Below the pieces are notes generated by a model. The model worked only from the letters and a program-made list of their open reading frames with translations. It ran no database searches and had not been told where the DNA came from. 64,000 bases of DNA from Bilabrum cf. latius (taxonomy: Eukaryota). Below, in pieces: positions 12,527 to 23,553 of the stretch (the first letter of the stretch is position 1; every line of letters begins with the position of its first letter). Position numbers and translations under genes: made by a program. The stretch covers positions 124,001 through 188,000 of the forward strand of contig OZ237747.1 of the NCBI GenBank assembly GCA_965178125.1, written 5' to 3'.

Positions 12527-13849
12527 ATGAGCCAAACAATGGATAGAGTTGTTGCAGTCGGATCCCAATCTGAAATAGCATCGGAGTCATCCAGAGAGCT
12601 GTGCGAAACCGGAGCAAAGGCAGTTCGCGTCGACATGGACGAGGCAGCGGACGTGGATGCAACGGAAGGCTACTACTCTGATAAACTTGGCAACGACGCC
12701 CTGAAGACAGGTGCAAAAGATTCTAATTCAAAGCAAGAAGTGAATAACGCTGTTTCTGATGTTGCCATGCGATCAGTGTTCGCCATTCTGTCAGGGTTGG
12801 TGTTCGGAGTTGCCCTCGTAAAGTCAGGCGTCCACCGAGCAGACGTATTGCGCGGCCAGTTCGTGTTTGACAACTGGATCATGATGCTGGTATTTTTGAG
12901 TGCGACAGCCACTAGCAGCATCTTAATGAACGCGATGTACGAGCTAAACGCCACGAAGGACCTAGCTATGCAATCTGGAGGCAAGAAGCACCTAAAGTCT
13001 GGTGCGATGGGGCTTGCGTCTGTTTCCACGGGCGCTTTCTTATTGGGCTGCGGTATGTCGATTGCGGGTGCCTGCCCTGGCACATCGTACGCGCAGCTTG
13101 GAGGCGGAGCCTACGGTACTCTAGCAACAATCGCGGGCGGAGTTTTGGGTGCGTTTGTTTTCGGCTGGAGCTACGACTCCCTGATGCTTCCATTCATGCA
13201 GATGTGGTCAATTGAAAACAGGTCCTTGCCTGACATGCTGGGTATGCCTCGCTGGGTCCTTGCTGGCGCGTTTTCTGCCTTGCTGTGGGGAGTCATCGGC
13301 ATCGTCCTTGCGTTCGGCTACGAGCCGCTCGAGCAGAGAAGCACCGAGCCCTCGGTGATTCTGATGGAACACTGGCACCCAGTTGTGGCGGGTGTGCTAA
13401 TTGGGAGCGTCCAGTTGCCGCTGATCCTCGGTGTGCGGAAGAACCTCGGCGCCTCGACCTCGTACGCCGTGGCTGCCTCTGGGATCAGCGGGCTCACCGG
13501 GGCCTTGGGGTTCGGGGACAACGACTACACGAAGAAGTTCAGGGAAAGCTTCGAGCAGGTCTGGCAGGTCGTGTTTGTGGTGGCAGCGGTGGCCGGCGCC
13601 GCCCTGGCCGCGGGGACGAGCGGTGTGTGGTACAAGGAGAGCGATTACCAGGCAGACGTGCACCCGGCCATGGCCGTGATCGGGGGCTTCCTCATCGTGT
13701 TCGGAGGCAGGCTGGCGGGCGGGTGCACCTCTGGGCACGGCATCAGCGGCGCGAGCCACCTGAGCCTGACGAGCTTCGTGAGCCTCGCCGCCATGTTCGC
13801 GGGCGCGATCGGGAGCGCGTTCGTGATGAGGGCGGCCGGGGCTCTTTGA
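12527..13849 (+). CDS. YeeE/YedE-family (sulfur-compound/thiosulfate transporter-like) membrane protein, 440 aa
   Basis: Multiple TM helices; Cys motifs GMSIAGACPGT and FGGRLAGGCTSGHGISG; no internal TAG; stop TGA. Confidence 0.88.
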   Translation: MSQTMDRVVAVGSQSEIASESSRELCETGAKAVRVDMDEAADVDATEGYYSDKLGNDALKTGAKDSNSKQEVNNAVSDVAMRSVFAILSGLVFGVALVKSGVHRADVLRGQFVFDNWIMMLVFLSATATSSILMNAMYELNATKDLAMQSGGKKHLKSGAMGLASVSTGAFLLGCGMSIAGACPGTSYAQLGGGAYGTLATIAGGVLGAFVFGWSYDSLMLPFMQMWSIENRSLPDMLGMPRWVLAGAFSALLWGVIGIVLAFGYEPLEQRSTEPSVILMEHWHPVVAGVLIGSVQLPLILGVRKNLGASTSYAVAASGISGLTGALGFGDNDYTKKFRESFEQVWQVVFVVAAVAGAALAAGTSGVWYKESDYQADVHPAMAVIGGFLIVFGGRLAGGCTSGHGISGASHLSLTSFVSLAAMFAGAIGSAFVMRAAGAL

Positions 13850-14233
13850 GCGTGTACAGACTGTGACATACGATTTGTATTATTGAGCGCTTGTGCCAGT
13901 ACGAACACACGACAACGAAAAGAATCAAGGTTGTTCAAAACCGAAAGATGAAGATACGAAACGCAGCCTTCTCGCGAGTTTCCCTGGTTCCCCGCAATCA
14001 CAACTGGTTCCAGCAACAAGGTGCTCCGACACGTTCGCAAACTTTTAAGCCACCCATTTGCGCGTTCCAAAGGCAGCACTCTTCGCCAGGCTCTAGTGGT
14101 CCGGTGCAAACAGCAAACAGTGCTCTCGCGCAGATTCGCATCTTGCACGGCAACAAACTTCGCATCGGCAGACCACGATACGTGGCACTACCCATTACCA
14201 CCTGGACATTCAGATCACTCTCACGAGTTCGAG

Positions 14234-15214
14234 ATGGCCGCTTCTGCTCCTGCCGATACCAGCAGCGCAGTCGATCCCAGCAAGATCATTGATGGGAAGT
14301 CTACCGCGTCTACCATCCGCAAGGAGATTGCAGAGCGGGTTGCAAAGCTGAAGGAATCAACTGGGGTTACCCCTGGCCTTGCCGTTGTGCTCGTCGGCGA
14401 GCGTCCGGACTCCAAGGCGTACGTGCGAATGAAGAAGAGGGCGTGCGAGGAGGCCGGCATTGATCGCTCGGGCAGCATCGACATGCCCGCCGATGCCACC
14501 GAGGACGAGATCGTGGCAGTGGTGCAGAAGCTGAATGAAGACCCGTCGGTGCACGGCATCCTAGTCCAGCTGCCTCTGCCAGCCCACGTCAAGGAGGAGC
14601 GCGTGCTGGACGCCATCTCGTTCGACAAGGACGCCGACGGGCTGCACCCCCTCAACGCAGGGTACCTCGCCCTCAGGGGCCGCACCCCCGCCGCGGTGGC
14701 GTGCACCCCCAAGGGCTGCATGGAGCTGCTGAAGCGGTACGGCGTGGAGCCCTCGGGGAAGCGGGCGGTGGTGATCGGGCGCAGCAACATCGTGGGCATC
14801 CCCATGGCCCACCTGCTCAACGAGGCCTCCGCCACGGTGACTATCGCGCACAGCAGGACGCCGGACCTGCCCGGGGTGGTGAGGCAGGCAGACATCGTGG
14901 TGGCAGCGGTAGGCCGCCCCGGGATGGTCAAAGGCGACTGGATCAAGGAGGGCGCCGTGGTGATCGACGTGGGCATCAACCGAGTGGACGACCCCTCCGC
15001 CAAGAGGGGCTACCGCCTCGTTGGGGACGTGGACTACAAGGAGTGCGCCGCCAAGGCCAGCAAGATCACCCCCGTCCCCGGTGGCGTGGGTCCCATGACC
15101 ATCGCCATGCTGCTGTCCAACACGGTGGACGCGGCGGAGAGGGCTGCTGCAGGGGGCAAGGAGGCGGGGGCCGCCGAGGGCGGGGCTGCCAGCGGTGATG
15201 GCAAGTCGTCATGA
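14234..15214 (+). CDS. folD: Bifunctional methylenetetrahydrofolate dehydrogenase/cyclohydrolase, ~326 aa
   Basis: [68 protein letters not shown]; start placed at ATG 14234; stop TGA. Confidence 0.96.
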   Translation: MAASAPADTSSAVDPSKIIDGKSTASTIRKEIAERVAKLKESTGVTPGLAVVLVGERPDSKAYVRMKKRACEEAGIDRSGSIDMPADATEDEIVAVVQKLNEDPSVHGILVQLPLPAHVKEERVLDAISFDKDADGLHPLNAGYLALRGRTPAAVACTPKGCMELLKRYGVEPSGKRAVVIGRSNIVGIPMAHLLNEASATVTIAHSRTPDLPGVVRQADIVVAAVGRPGMVKGDWIKEGAVVIDVGINRVDDPSAKRGYRLVGDVDYKECAAKASKITPVPGGVGPMTIAMLLSNTVDAAERAAAGGKEAGAAEGGAASGDGKSS

Positions 15215-15457
15215 TTTGAACATAGGTGGATACATGGGTCGATGTGCACAGTGCTGACCCCCCCCGGCGAGCTGCCGAGCCCCTGTGTGCTCGGGGCCAT
15301 GCCAGCTCGGAGCTGTCGGTGGGCGCGGATGGTTTTACAGTCTTTTTTTGTTTTTGCTTTGATACCTACGTTCCGTGTGTGTGATTAAGCGGATAGCTAG
15401 CACAAGAAGATGATCTTGTCTACACCCCGCCGGCATCCCACCAATCGCAATTCGCGA

Positions 15458-16697
15458 TCAGCTACTGCTCCGGATGACCACCTCAGGGAAGTTGACCACC
15501 AAGTGCTTTGGTGCGGTCGAGGTCGCCGAGTCCACCTGTCCGTTCGACACGGAGAAGGCCGTCCGCTACCCACGGGTCACCTCCGAGTAGAGGAACTGCA
15601 GCGTCTCTGGCATGGACACGTTCATCGCAGCCGAGGGCTCGCTGCCCAGGGGCACCGGCACGCCGCCCTCGTGCGCGAAGCCCAGACGGGCCGCCACCGT
15701 CCTCAGGATGTTCGCCCGGTTGGTCGCAAAGTCCAGCTGCGCGCGGGCCGCCGCCTCCGCCCTCAGGATGGTGGCCCTCTTGGTTGTGTTGGAGTTGATC
15801 TCGGCCACGCGGCGGGCGGCCACCGCGTTGATCTCCCGGATCTTCTGACGCTCGAGCGTGCTGTTGCGCCTAAACGTGAGCGCCACGCGCTCCACATTGC
15901 GGATGACCTTCTCTCGAACAGCCTCCTCGAAGCGCGTGGGCACTCGGATCTCCAGCATGTGCAGCTGCGCCACGGTCACCCCCGGCAGCTGCGCGTTGAC
16001 CCTCTCATCGATGAGCTCCTTGATCCGCTCGTCGATCGCCTGCCGCGCCTCGAAGAAAGCGATCGTGTCGAACTCGGTGGCAGTGTCCCGGATCGCGTTC
16101 ACAGCGACGTCCTAAAGCACCGCGCGCCACCCGTTCCGGTGCCGCCTGTACACGGGCAGCACGGACGTCTTGGGCAGCCTGAAATACATGCCAATATCGA
16201 GGTCTACCTCTTGTCCGTCCCTGCTCCACGCACGCAACGGCCTGAGGCTCCTACCGCCGTCGGCAGAATTAGAGAACTCGATATAGATCAATTTGCGCGG
16301 AAACCTGCGACGTTGCACGGGGGGAGTGGGCGCCAGCGGATTCGAAGGGTCAGCGTGAGTTGGGTTGCTGGGAACCCCTAAAGGCGAGACACCTGCCTTA
16401 CCGAATAAATTCATCAGCCGGTCCGATGGCGTGCCTGCCCGACTCGTAAATTTCATCGCGGAGCACCATAGGCGTCTTGGAAAGCCGAATGCCGTGCTCA
16501 TGGGGTGTCAACACGCTGAAGCTCGAGCCGAGCAACGACGCAAATGTAATCAATAAAACAACTGATAGACCACAGTAGCACACACACGCGCCCTCCCCAC
16601 CACGCAGAGCACGCTGGCAGCCCGTGAAGTCGCATTCCAGAATATCGTCTACGATGTCGCCTCCCCTTCCGGCTCCTCTCCCGGAACCTCGCCCCAT
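15458..16697 (-). CDS. SPFH/band-7 domain membrane protein; complement(join(15458..16304,16402..16697)), ~380 aa
   Basis: N-terminal TM segment, then IYESGRHAIGP..FIRFP, WSRDGQEVDLDIGMYFRL, FFEARQAI and a C-terminal coiled region. 97-nt intron 16305-16401. In-frame TAG at 16112 and 15566; stop TGA. Confidence 0.75.
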
Positions 16698-17047
16698 TGT
16701 TGCCGCGCTTCGGGCTTATTGCAGTCCAGTTCGCAATGCAGCCAAGGTACCACCCCTTGGCTCTACAGATACCAAAGTTATTTACTGTTTTTCCCAGAGC
16801 ATGTCCAAGCAATTCTGATTTTGTCAAAGGTGCACATTTCAATAAACTCCACCGCGGTTTGCGGGTCAACCAAGACAAGACAAGACAAGACGCCGTCGCA
16901 GCAGCGCTGGCAACCCCGCATGCTCTCGATTCCCGTACAGTCAATTGTCTGGCGCAGTGCTGCGAGTCCGTGGACCCGAAGCAATGCAACGAGACTCAAA
17001 AACCTGGCTGGAAATCGATTGCTCGCCTTCCTCCAACCCTCCTGACA

Positions 17048-18758
17048 TCACTTACCCCCCGCCGCCGCCTCCTTCTCCGCCCTGGCATCTTCCTCCTCCA
17101 CCTCCTTCAGCCGGGCCCCTCCGTCCGTGACCCTCCGCAGCGCCGCCCGCTCGTGCGCCCGTAGCCCCTCGATGCGCGCGAGGGCCGCCGCGTCCTGCAC
17201 GGCCCCCTGGAACTCGGCCGACCCCGCGAGTGCCTCATCCGATCGGAGCCAGGTCCTCACCCGCAAGAAGGTGAACACGCTGAGGCCCCCCGTGTACCTC
17301 CCAGTCCCGCTCGTGGGCAGCACGTGGTTGGGCCCAATCCCGTAGTCGCCCAGCACCTCTGCCGACCTGGCCCCGATGAAGAGCCCGCCGTAGTTCTTTA
17401 GGCCCTTGGCGAACTCCTTGGAGTCCTTGGTCATCACCTCCAGGTGCTCGGGGGCAACCACGTCGCTGACCCCTGCGGCCTCCTCCATCGAGGAACACAC
17501 CACGGAGAACCCCTTGCGCACAGACACGCCCGCAGTTTCCCGCGTGGGCAAAATAGCCAGCTGCCGGACGATCTCCGCGTCCACCGCGTCTGCCAGAGGG
17601 GCGGAGTCGGTCACAAGCACAGGGAGAGCGTCCGTGTCGTGCTCGGCCTGCGCCAGCAAGTCGGCCGCCACCAGGGCAGGGTCCGCTTCCCCGTCGGCCA
17701 GCACCAGGCACTCTGAGGGTCCCGCCAGCATGTCGATCCCGCACCTGCCGGAGACGAGGCTCTTCGCAGCCGTCACCCAGCGGTTTCCAGGACCCACGAT
17801 GACGTCACAGGGATCCACCTGGCCCACCCCGTACGCCATGGCCGCGATGGCCTGCGCCCCGCCCACACGCAGCAGGGCGTCGGCCCCCGCCACGTGGGCG
17901 GCCGCGATGGTCGCCGCCGCCGGCCTGGGAGACGCGACCCAAACCCTCTCGACCCCCGCAACCCGGGCGGTCACGGCCGTCATCAGCACGCTCGAGGGAA
18001 GCGGGTACCGCCCGCCGGGCGCGTAGCAACCCGCCACGCGCACCGGTGATACGGTGTGGCCGGCAGCTCCGCCTGGCACGGCGACCTCCACGTCCCTGAT
18101 CGCGTCCCGCTGGGCCTGCGCAAAGACCCTGATCCTCTCCGCGGCCCGCTCGAGGACACCCTGCTGGTCCTTCGGCAGCGCCTCGAATGCCGCCTTCATC
18201 TCATCCTTGGTGATCACATAGTCCGCACCTGCGAAACGGACAGAATAAATTCGTTTGGTGCAAGAAATGGAAGCGCGGGTGCGCTGGAGGATTGCGCATC
18301 GCTAGCTGCTTGGGCAACTTTCTTGCGCAAGTGACGTGTTGGGGACTGAGCCGAAACCTTGGCCTCAGCAGCAGCCAGGCTGAAGAACAAATCATGGCTG
18401 CTGTTTAGCTACAAAAGAAATACACCTCTAATTATGCATGCGCGCGGGAGACATCGTGCTGCAGCTTGCCCTGACGTGCGGATCCACGTCTCCTAGTTGC
18501 TTGGGCGACAACGGTCTCTGCGGCGGCCATTCGATCCATGATCAGCGCCTCACCCTCTTCTAGATCTTTAAACTTCAAAGAAATGTCTACGAGCGCTTTC
18601 TCTCCTCCATCACGAACCTAATTAACAATTGCGCCGGCTTGGGCCCTTGTCTTGTCATCCACTGGATCAACAATGGCACCCTTGACATCAGCCGGTGCAA
18701 CTCGCTGCAACAGCCTCTCGCTTGACGGAGAAGCACCTGTTCCAGAGGCTGCAGCCAT
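17048..18758 (-). CDS. hisD: Histidinol dehydrogenase (monofunctional); complement(join(17048..18228,18554..18758)), ~461 aa
   Basis: GCYAPGGRYPLPSSVLM, GGAQAIAAMAYG, IVGPGN, IDMLAGPSE, DLLAQAEHD, APEHL, GDYGIGPNHVLPT. Exon 1 supplies AIVN[TAG 18618]VRDGGEKAL. 325-nt intron; stop TGA. Confidence 0.93.
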
Positions 18759-18897
18759 ATCGAATCGATCCGGTCAGGAGTGACCACCGGCGGGGACGCC
18801 CTTCTTGGGCCTAGTGTGACGATCCTGCGCTATCGCGCAATTAAAGCAAGATTCGACCCTACGACCCCCAACCCCCAACCCCCAACCAAAGCAAGCA

Positions 18898-21246
18898 TCA
18901 ACCCCTGCGCCTACGGCCCGCCCCGCCGGCCGCTGCTCTCCTGCCCCGCCCCGACGATCGACGGCTCCCGGCAGCCCCATTCTTCGCCGACGCCCTTGCT
19001 CCTGCACCTGCACCTGCCTGCCGCGCGGCCGGCAAAGCCACATCAGATGCGTAGTACTTGGCCCCTTCATCCCCGAAGAAGAGCCACACAGCGGCTCGCC
19101 AGGTCACAACCCGACCATCCATCATTGCCTCCAATCCTGAGGGCGACCTTGAGGACGAGGACGAGGACGAGGACGACGACGAGGCAGCCGTGCTGCCGCT
19201 GCCCTTCCCCGTGCCCTTCTGCTCCCGATCGCCACCCTTCTCTTCCTCTCCCTCCTCGTCTAGATCCACCACCGCAGTCGCCCCAATCGACTCATCTGTC
19301 AGCTCGGCACTACCGCTGCCTCCACTCCGCTTGCCTGCCACTGTCCCCTTGGGCCGCCCAATGGACCAGCTGCCGCCCCGCTGCCGCAGCTTCCATTTGC
19401 CGCCACCCCCGCCATCGCCCACTCCCACCCCTTTGATCCGATCATCCGCCCACTCCAGCATGAGGTCGTGCCAGCGAAGCAACGCAGCAGCCTCCTTTTC
19501 TTCTCCTTCCAAACTGCCCACACTTCCCCCGCTCTTGCCACTGGCCTTGCCGTCTTCTTCGCTGTCGCTAGGGCGCACGTGGATCCCTGCCAGCAGCCGA
19601 CCAAAGGTTGACAGCCGCATGCCCACGTCTGCCATGGCCTCCATGTGTCGCCCCTGCAGGCGGGTGCGCAGCTCCTCCCGCGCCTGCACGCGCTACTATT
19701 CCAGCTCCGAGTCCTCTGTCGCGCTGGAAGACCTCAGCCTCGACCGTAGCCTGGACCAACTACTGGACTGGGAGGCCCGACCTCCCCCACGGCGGGGGGA
19801 GGCCCCGGAGCTGTCGGGGGACGAGGGGGGCACCATCACCGTATCTGCTTCCTCCGAGGGAACAGCTGACCCAGTCCTGTCCCTGGCCTCCCCACTCGTC
19901 ACGCTCTCGCCCTACGCCTGCTCCCGCTCCAGCACGCCCTCGCAGTATGCATTGAATAGCACAGACAACTGCCAAGGTTCCCCGAACCCCAGGTCAGCGC
20001 CCTCGCTGCGAAGGAACTGAAGCAGCGTCACGCGGGGTCCGTCCGTATGCTCGGCTTTTCCTGACAGGCCAGCAGCGGCAGCGCCCCCACGCTCATCGCC
20101 CGCATCCTCAGGGGGGGGCAGCCGCCCCGCGAGCAGCCCGTCGATGGCCTCGTCCTCAAGCTCGGCGAGCCCGTTCGAATCCGCGAACGCTCGCATAGAT
20201 GACCGGTCGATGATCGCTCGCTTGCCCTGGTCGATGTCCAGGAATGGCTGCAGCACCTCGGCCAGCTCCAGGGGGTGCAGCGCCTCGTCCAGCGGGCTGC
20301 CGTCGGGCGCCGTGGCCACCTGAGGATGCCCTCCGCTATCCACTGCCCCTAACGGGCGAGGTAAGGGCGCGTCAGGACGTTTGCTTTTATGATCGTCGAT
20401 GGAGGTCTCCATTGGTTTGCTCTGCTCAGCCGAGCGACCTGGCGAATGTGGCAATGCTTCTGGTTCAGCACCCGCCGTAGAGGCTGCCCTTGCAGTATCC
20501 TTGACTGTACTATCGCGTGAAATTGAGTCGTTCGTATCATCGACCGGCTTCTAAGGTCCTGTAGCAGTAACCATACCAACAGCGACCAGGTTTGGCGACT
20601 CTGGTGAGTCCACGCGAGGTGTGCCTGCCAGTGTTGCTGGCTCTGCCGCCGCCTCTGTGGCTGCCTTGTGTGCTGGCTCGCTAGATTCTGGTCTGTCCCA
20701 CGTTGTTTCATCAGTTTCAGGGTTGTGGTAGTATTCATGCCCATTTGAATCATAATGGACCTCCCAAGGTGCAGGAATTATCTGCACCTGCTTGTCTTCG
20801 ATTTGCTGTTCAGGCTGTGATGTCTTGGTCTATGCAATTCCGTCGGGCTTCTCCCATTGTGTGACCCCTGTGCTAGCATTGAAGTAGTATGGCGTTCCAT
20901 CATCCGTCTGTAGCTCCTACCATTCGGTTTCACGCGCAGATTCACCAGCTTGTTCATCGTCCTAACCCTACTGTACAGACGGACGATCCCAGCTTGTGAC
21001 GCCTGTTGCTGGGCAGTAAAAGTACGATTGGCCGTCTTCAGTTTCAAGAATTTCCCATCCACTTGGTAAAGCGCTGTCGCTCATTTTTAGGGGGCTGGCT
21101 ATGGCTTTTTGTGCGGTCCACCCGTGGTTTTCGACCCGGCGCTGACGAGGCTCCGAATCGGCCAGCCTACCGGAGGTGTCCACGAATGCAGTGCCCAGGA
21201 GAGGTTGTTTCATCATAGAGGATAGCACAGCTAAGTCGTCATTCAT
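18898..21246 (-). CDS. Protein with three N-terminal WW domains, an EF-hand-like segment and a coiled coil, ~782 aa (start uncertain)
   Basis: WW repeats LPSGWEILETEDGQSYFYCPATGVTSWDRP, TEW[TAG]ELQTDDGTPYYFNASTGVTQWEKP and PAPWEVHYDSNGHEYYHNPETDETTWDRP. One frame with TAG at 20968, 20962, 20917, 20830, 20551, 19912, 19696, 19693; stop TGA. Confidence 0.82.
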
Positions 21247-21300
21247 ACCGCATTCGTGCGAACCCCTGCGGGCTATAACTCAGCTACTAGTACTACCTGC

Positions 21301-21467
21301 GGTTGGCCCCCCTGCCAGTGGGCGCCGTGCTTGGACGGCTGGTTGGCCCCCCTTCCAGTGGATGCCGTGCTTGGACGGCTGGTTGGCCCCCCTGCCAGTG
21401 GATGCCGTGCTTGGACGGCTGGTTGGCCCCCCTGCCAGTGGATGCCGTGCTTGGACGGCTGATTGGC
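21301..21467. repeat. 40-bp minisatellite, 4 near-identical copies plus a partial
   Basis: Unit GGTTGGCCCCCCTGCCAGTGGATGCCGTGCTTGGACGGCT at 21301, 21341, 21381, 21421, head-to-tail with no spacers. Confidence 0.95.
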
Positions 21468-21979
21468 AGCTGTGGGTGGCTCTGCTTGGCAGCGGGGTTT
21501 GGCTCCACATCCATTCGTGAAGCAATGGGTACACCCTCGCTACTCTTCCCCTGGCGGGCCTGTGCACGTGGCTCCACGTCGGACTGCGGACCGACAGCTC
21601 TGGGGCCCGATGCAGTCTAGCGCCCTCATGCTCCGGCAGATCCGGCTGCTGCCAGCAGTGCCTCTTCGAGTCCTTCCCTGCTGCTGCGAGGCGTTTACTG
21701 GAAGGTCCCGCTAGCTGGCCGATCTGTTTGTTGGAATACGAATGCAATCGCAAGCCGGCAGGGGAGGCGGCACTGTCGTCGCGGAACGTGCGACTCGCGG
21801 AAGAACCTGCATGATGACGAGTGCAGATATCCGGAGCCAATAATCGATGCTCGATGCGCTAACTATCAGCACAATCATTCCCGAATTAGTGAAGCATTCG
21901 TCGCAAGAAGAATTTTTCTGGGTATACAATAGTCTAGCTTCGGTTCAAGAGGCAACGTATCCGTCATCACATGTTCACG

Positions 21980-23270
21980 ATGCGCATCGGAGCTGTGTTG
22001 CTGCTCGCAACGGCTTCACAAGCAACCGAGCCACAATGCGTCTTCCGCACTGCTGAGGCAGTCTATGATTTGCGATCGTTGAAAGGAAGAGTATACACAG
22101 TTCCTTCGCCTTCCCGCATGTTTGATTACTCGGTTACAGTGTGTGGCAACGTGGATCCCCAGAAAGCAAACCCAAGCTGCCAGGGAATCGCGCAGACTCA
22201 CCCGGCCCCGATGTTGCAGCACTCCAACGACGGTTTTTGCTACTGGATAGGAAATGCGATGGAGCCGTATGCACAAGGCTACGACGGCTCGCCGTACTAT
22301 GGATTTGACCTCGTGTACAAGGGCGGTCAGCAATGCGGCGACGGTAGGCCCAGAGAAATGAGGTGAGTCGTCCAGAAATATCATTTATGTTGAAGTTATC
22401 TGACCTGATGCATACGAGTCATGTGTTGGCAAGCACGATACTGTGCTGGTGCATGTGCGCTCCTCACGACCTTTCTTTTCCAATGCGCCTCCTCGCAGAG
22501 TGCACTTCGTTTGCTCGCCGTACTATGGCGTAGATGAGGGCCCCAAGTACGTGACAGAGACCCCGGAGCGGTGCCACTACAACATCACGTGGCCCACATA
22601 CGCCGCGTGCCCCCGATCCTCCTGGACGTCCTTCCACGTGTTCGAGCCAGACGCCTCGAGGGGCTTCTTCGAGTTCCTCTGGGACGTGGGCAACTTCGCC
22701 TTCTTCTGGATGTTCATTATGGCCATGGCCTACTGCATGGGGGGCTGCTGCTTCCTGCACCACGCGCACGGTCGCAGGCTGGGATACGAGGCCATGCCCC
22801 ACCGCGAGTTCTGGACCCCGCACCTACAGAGGGGCCTGGCCTACATCCCCAGCGCCGCGCAGTCCATGGGCTTCCCGGTCCCCGTGCAGGCGAGGACGGG
22901 GGGAGGGGGCTCGGGCGGGCCCGGGGGGCTGGAGGACGACGACCTCGGGATCGGCAAGCTGCCCACCCGGACGGGGGGAGTGGCCGGGTCCGGAGGGGGG
23001 CGGGGGAACACGATGGGGGGTGCCTTCGGGGCGGGTGCCAGGCCGGGTCTTGCTTACGGGGGAGGGACGATGCCCTCGTTCACTGGGAGCGCAGGTCCCT
23101 CAGGGAACAGGAACGGAGGGGCAGCCCCGCGGTCGGACCAGGGTGCCTTCGCCGGGGAGGAAGAAGAGGAGGACGACGACCTCGACGCGTTCGCGGACCC
23201 GCTGGATCAGCGGCAGGGAGGGGGAGGAGGCAGGGGGCCCTCTTCACAGACCACGGGCCGGCGCAGGTGA
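21980..23270 (+). CDS. Mannose-6-phosphate-receptor/ATG27-like type I membrane protein (MRH domain); join(21980..22362,22499..23270), ~384 aa
   Basis: Signal peptide; YDLRSL, YSVTVCG, CYWIG, LVYKGGQQC..R...VHFVC, E..ERCHYNITWPTYAACP; TM helix followed by PHREFW. 136-nt intron; stop TGA. Confidence 0.85.
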
Positions 23271-23353
23271 GCGGCTCCTGTCCTGTCGGGCCGGGCATCA
23301 GATCCGAGTGTCTTCGGCAATGTCCTGTCAACAGCACAAACTATTGATGTATG

Positions 23354-23553
23354 TGTACTCCACGGCATTGGAATACGTTATCCTGCACGCATAGCCCGTG
23401 TCATGTACTCCACGGCATTGGAATACGTTATCCTGCACGCAGAGCCCGTGTCATGTACTCCACGGCATTGGAATACGTTATCCTGCACGCAGAGCCCGTG
23501 TCATGTACTCCACGGCATTGGAATACGTTATCCTGCACGCAGAGCCCGTGTCA
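23354..23553. repeat. 50-bp minisatellite, 4 copies, between convergent genes
   Basis: Unit TGTACTCCACGGCATTGGAATACGTTATCCTGCACGCAGAGCCCGTGTCA at 23354, 23404, 23454, 23504 (one mismatch in copy 1); no spacers. Confidence 0.95.

Noticed and set aside
14021-14233. N-terminal extension of FolD from GTG 14021
   Set aside because: Non-ATG start in a eukaryote and intergenic-like composition; ATG 14234 gives a normal-length FolD.
21301-21467. CRISPR array or coding repeat
   Set aside because: No spacers; the 40-bp period is not a multiple of 3, and ORFs crossing it are repeat artefacts.
23354-23553. CRISPR array
   Set aside because: Units are head-to-tail and identical with no unique spacers; no cas genes.
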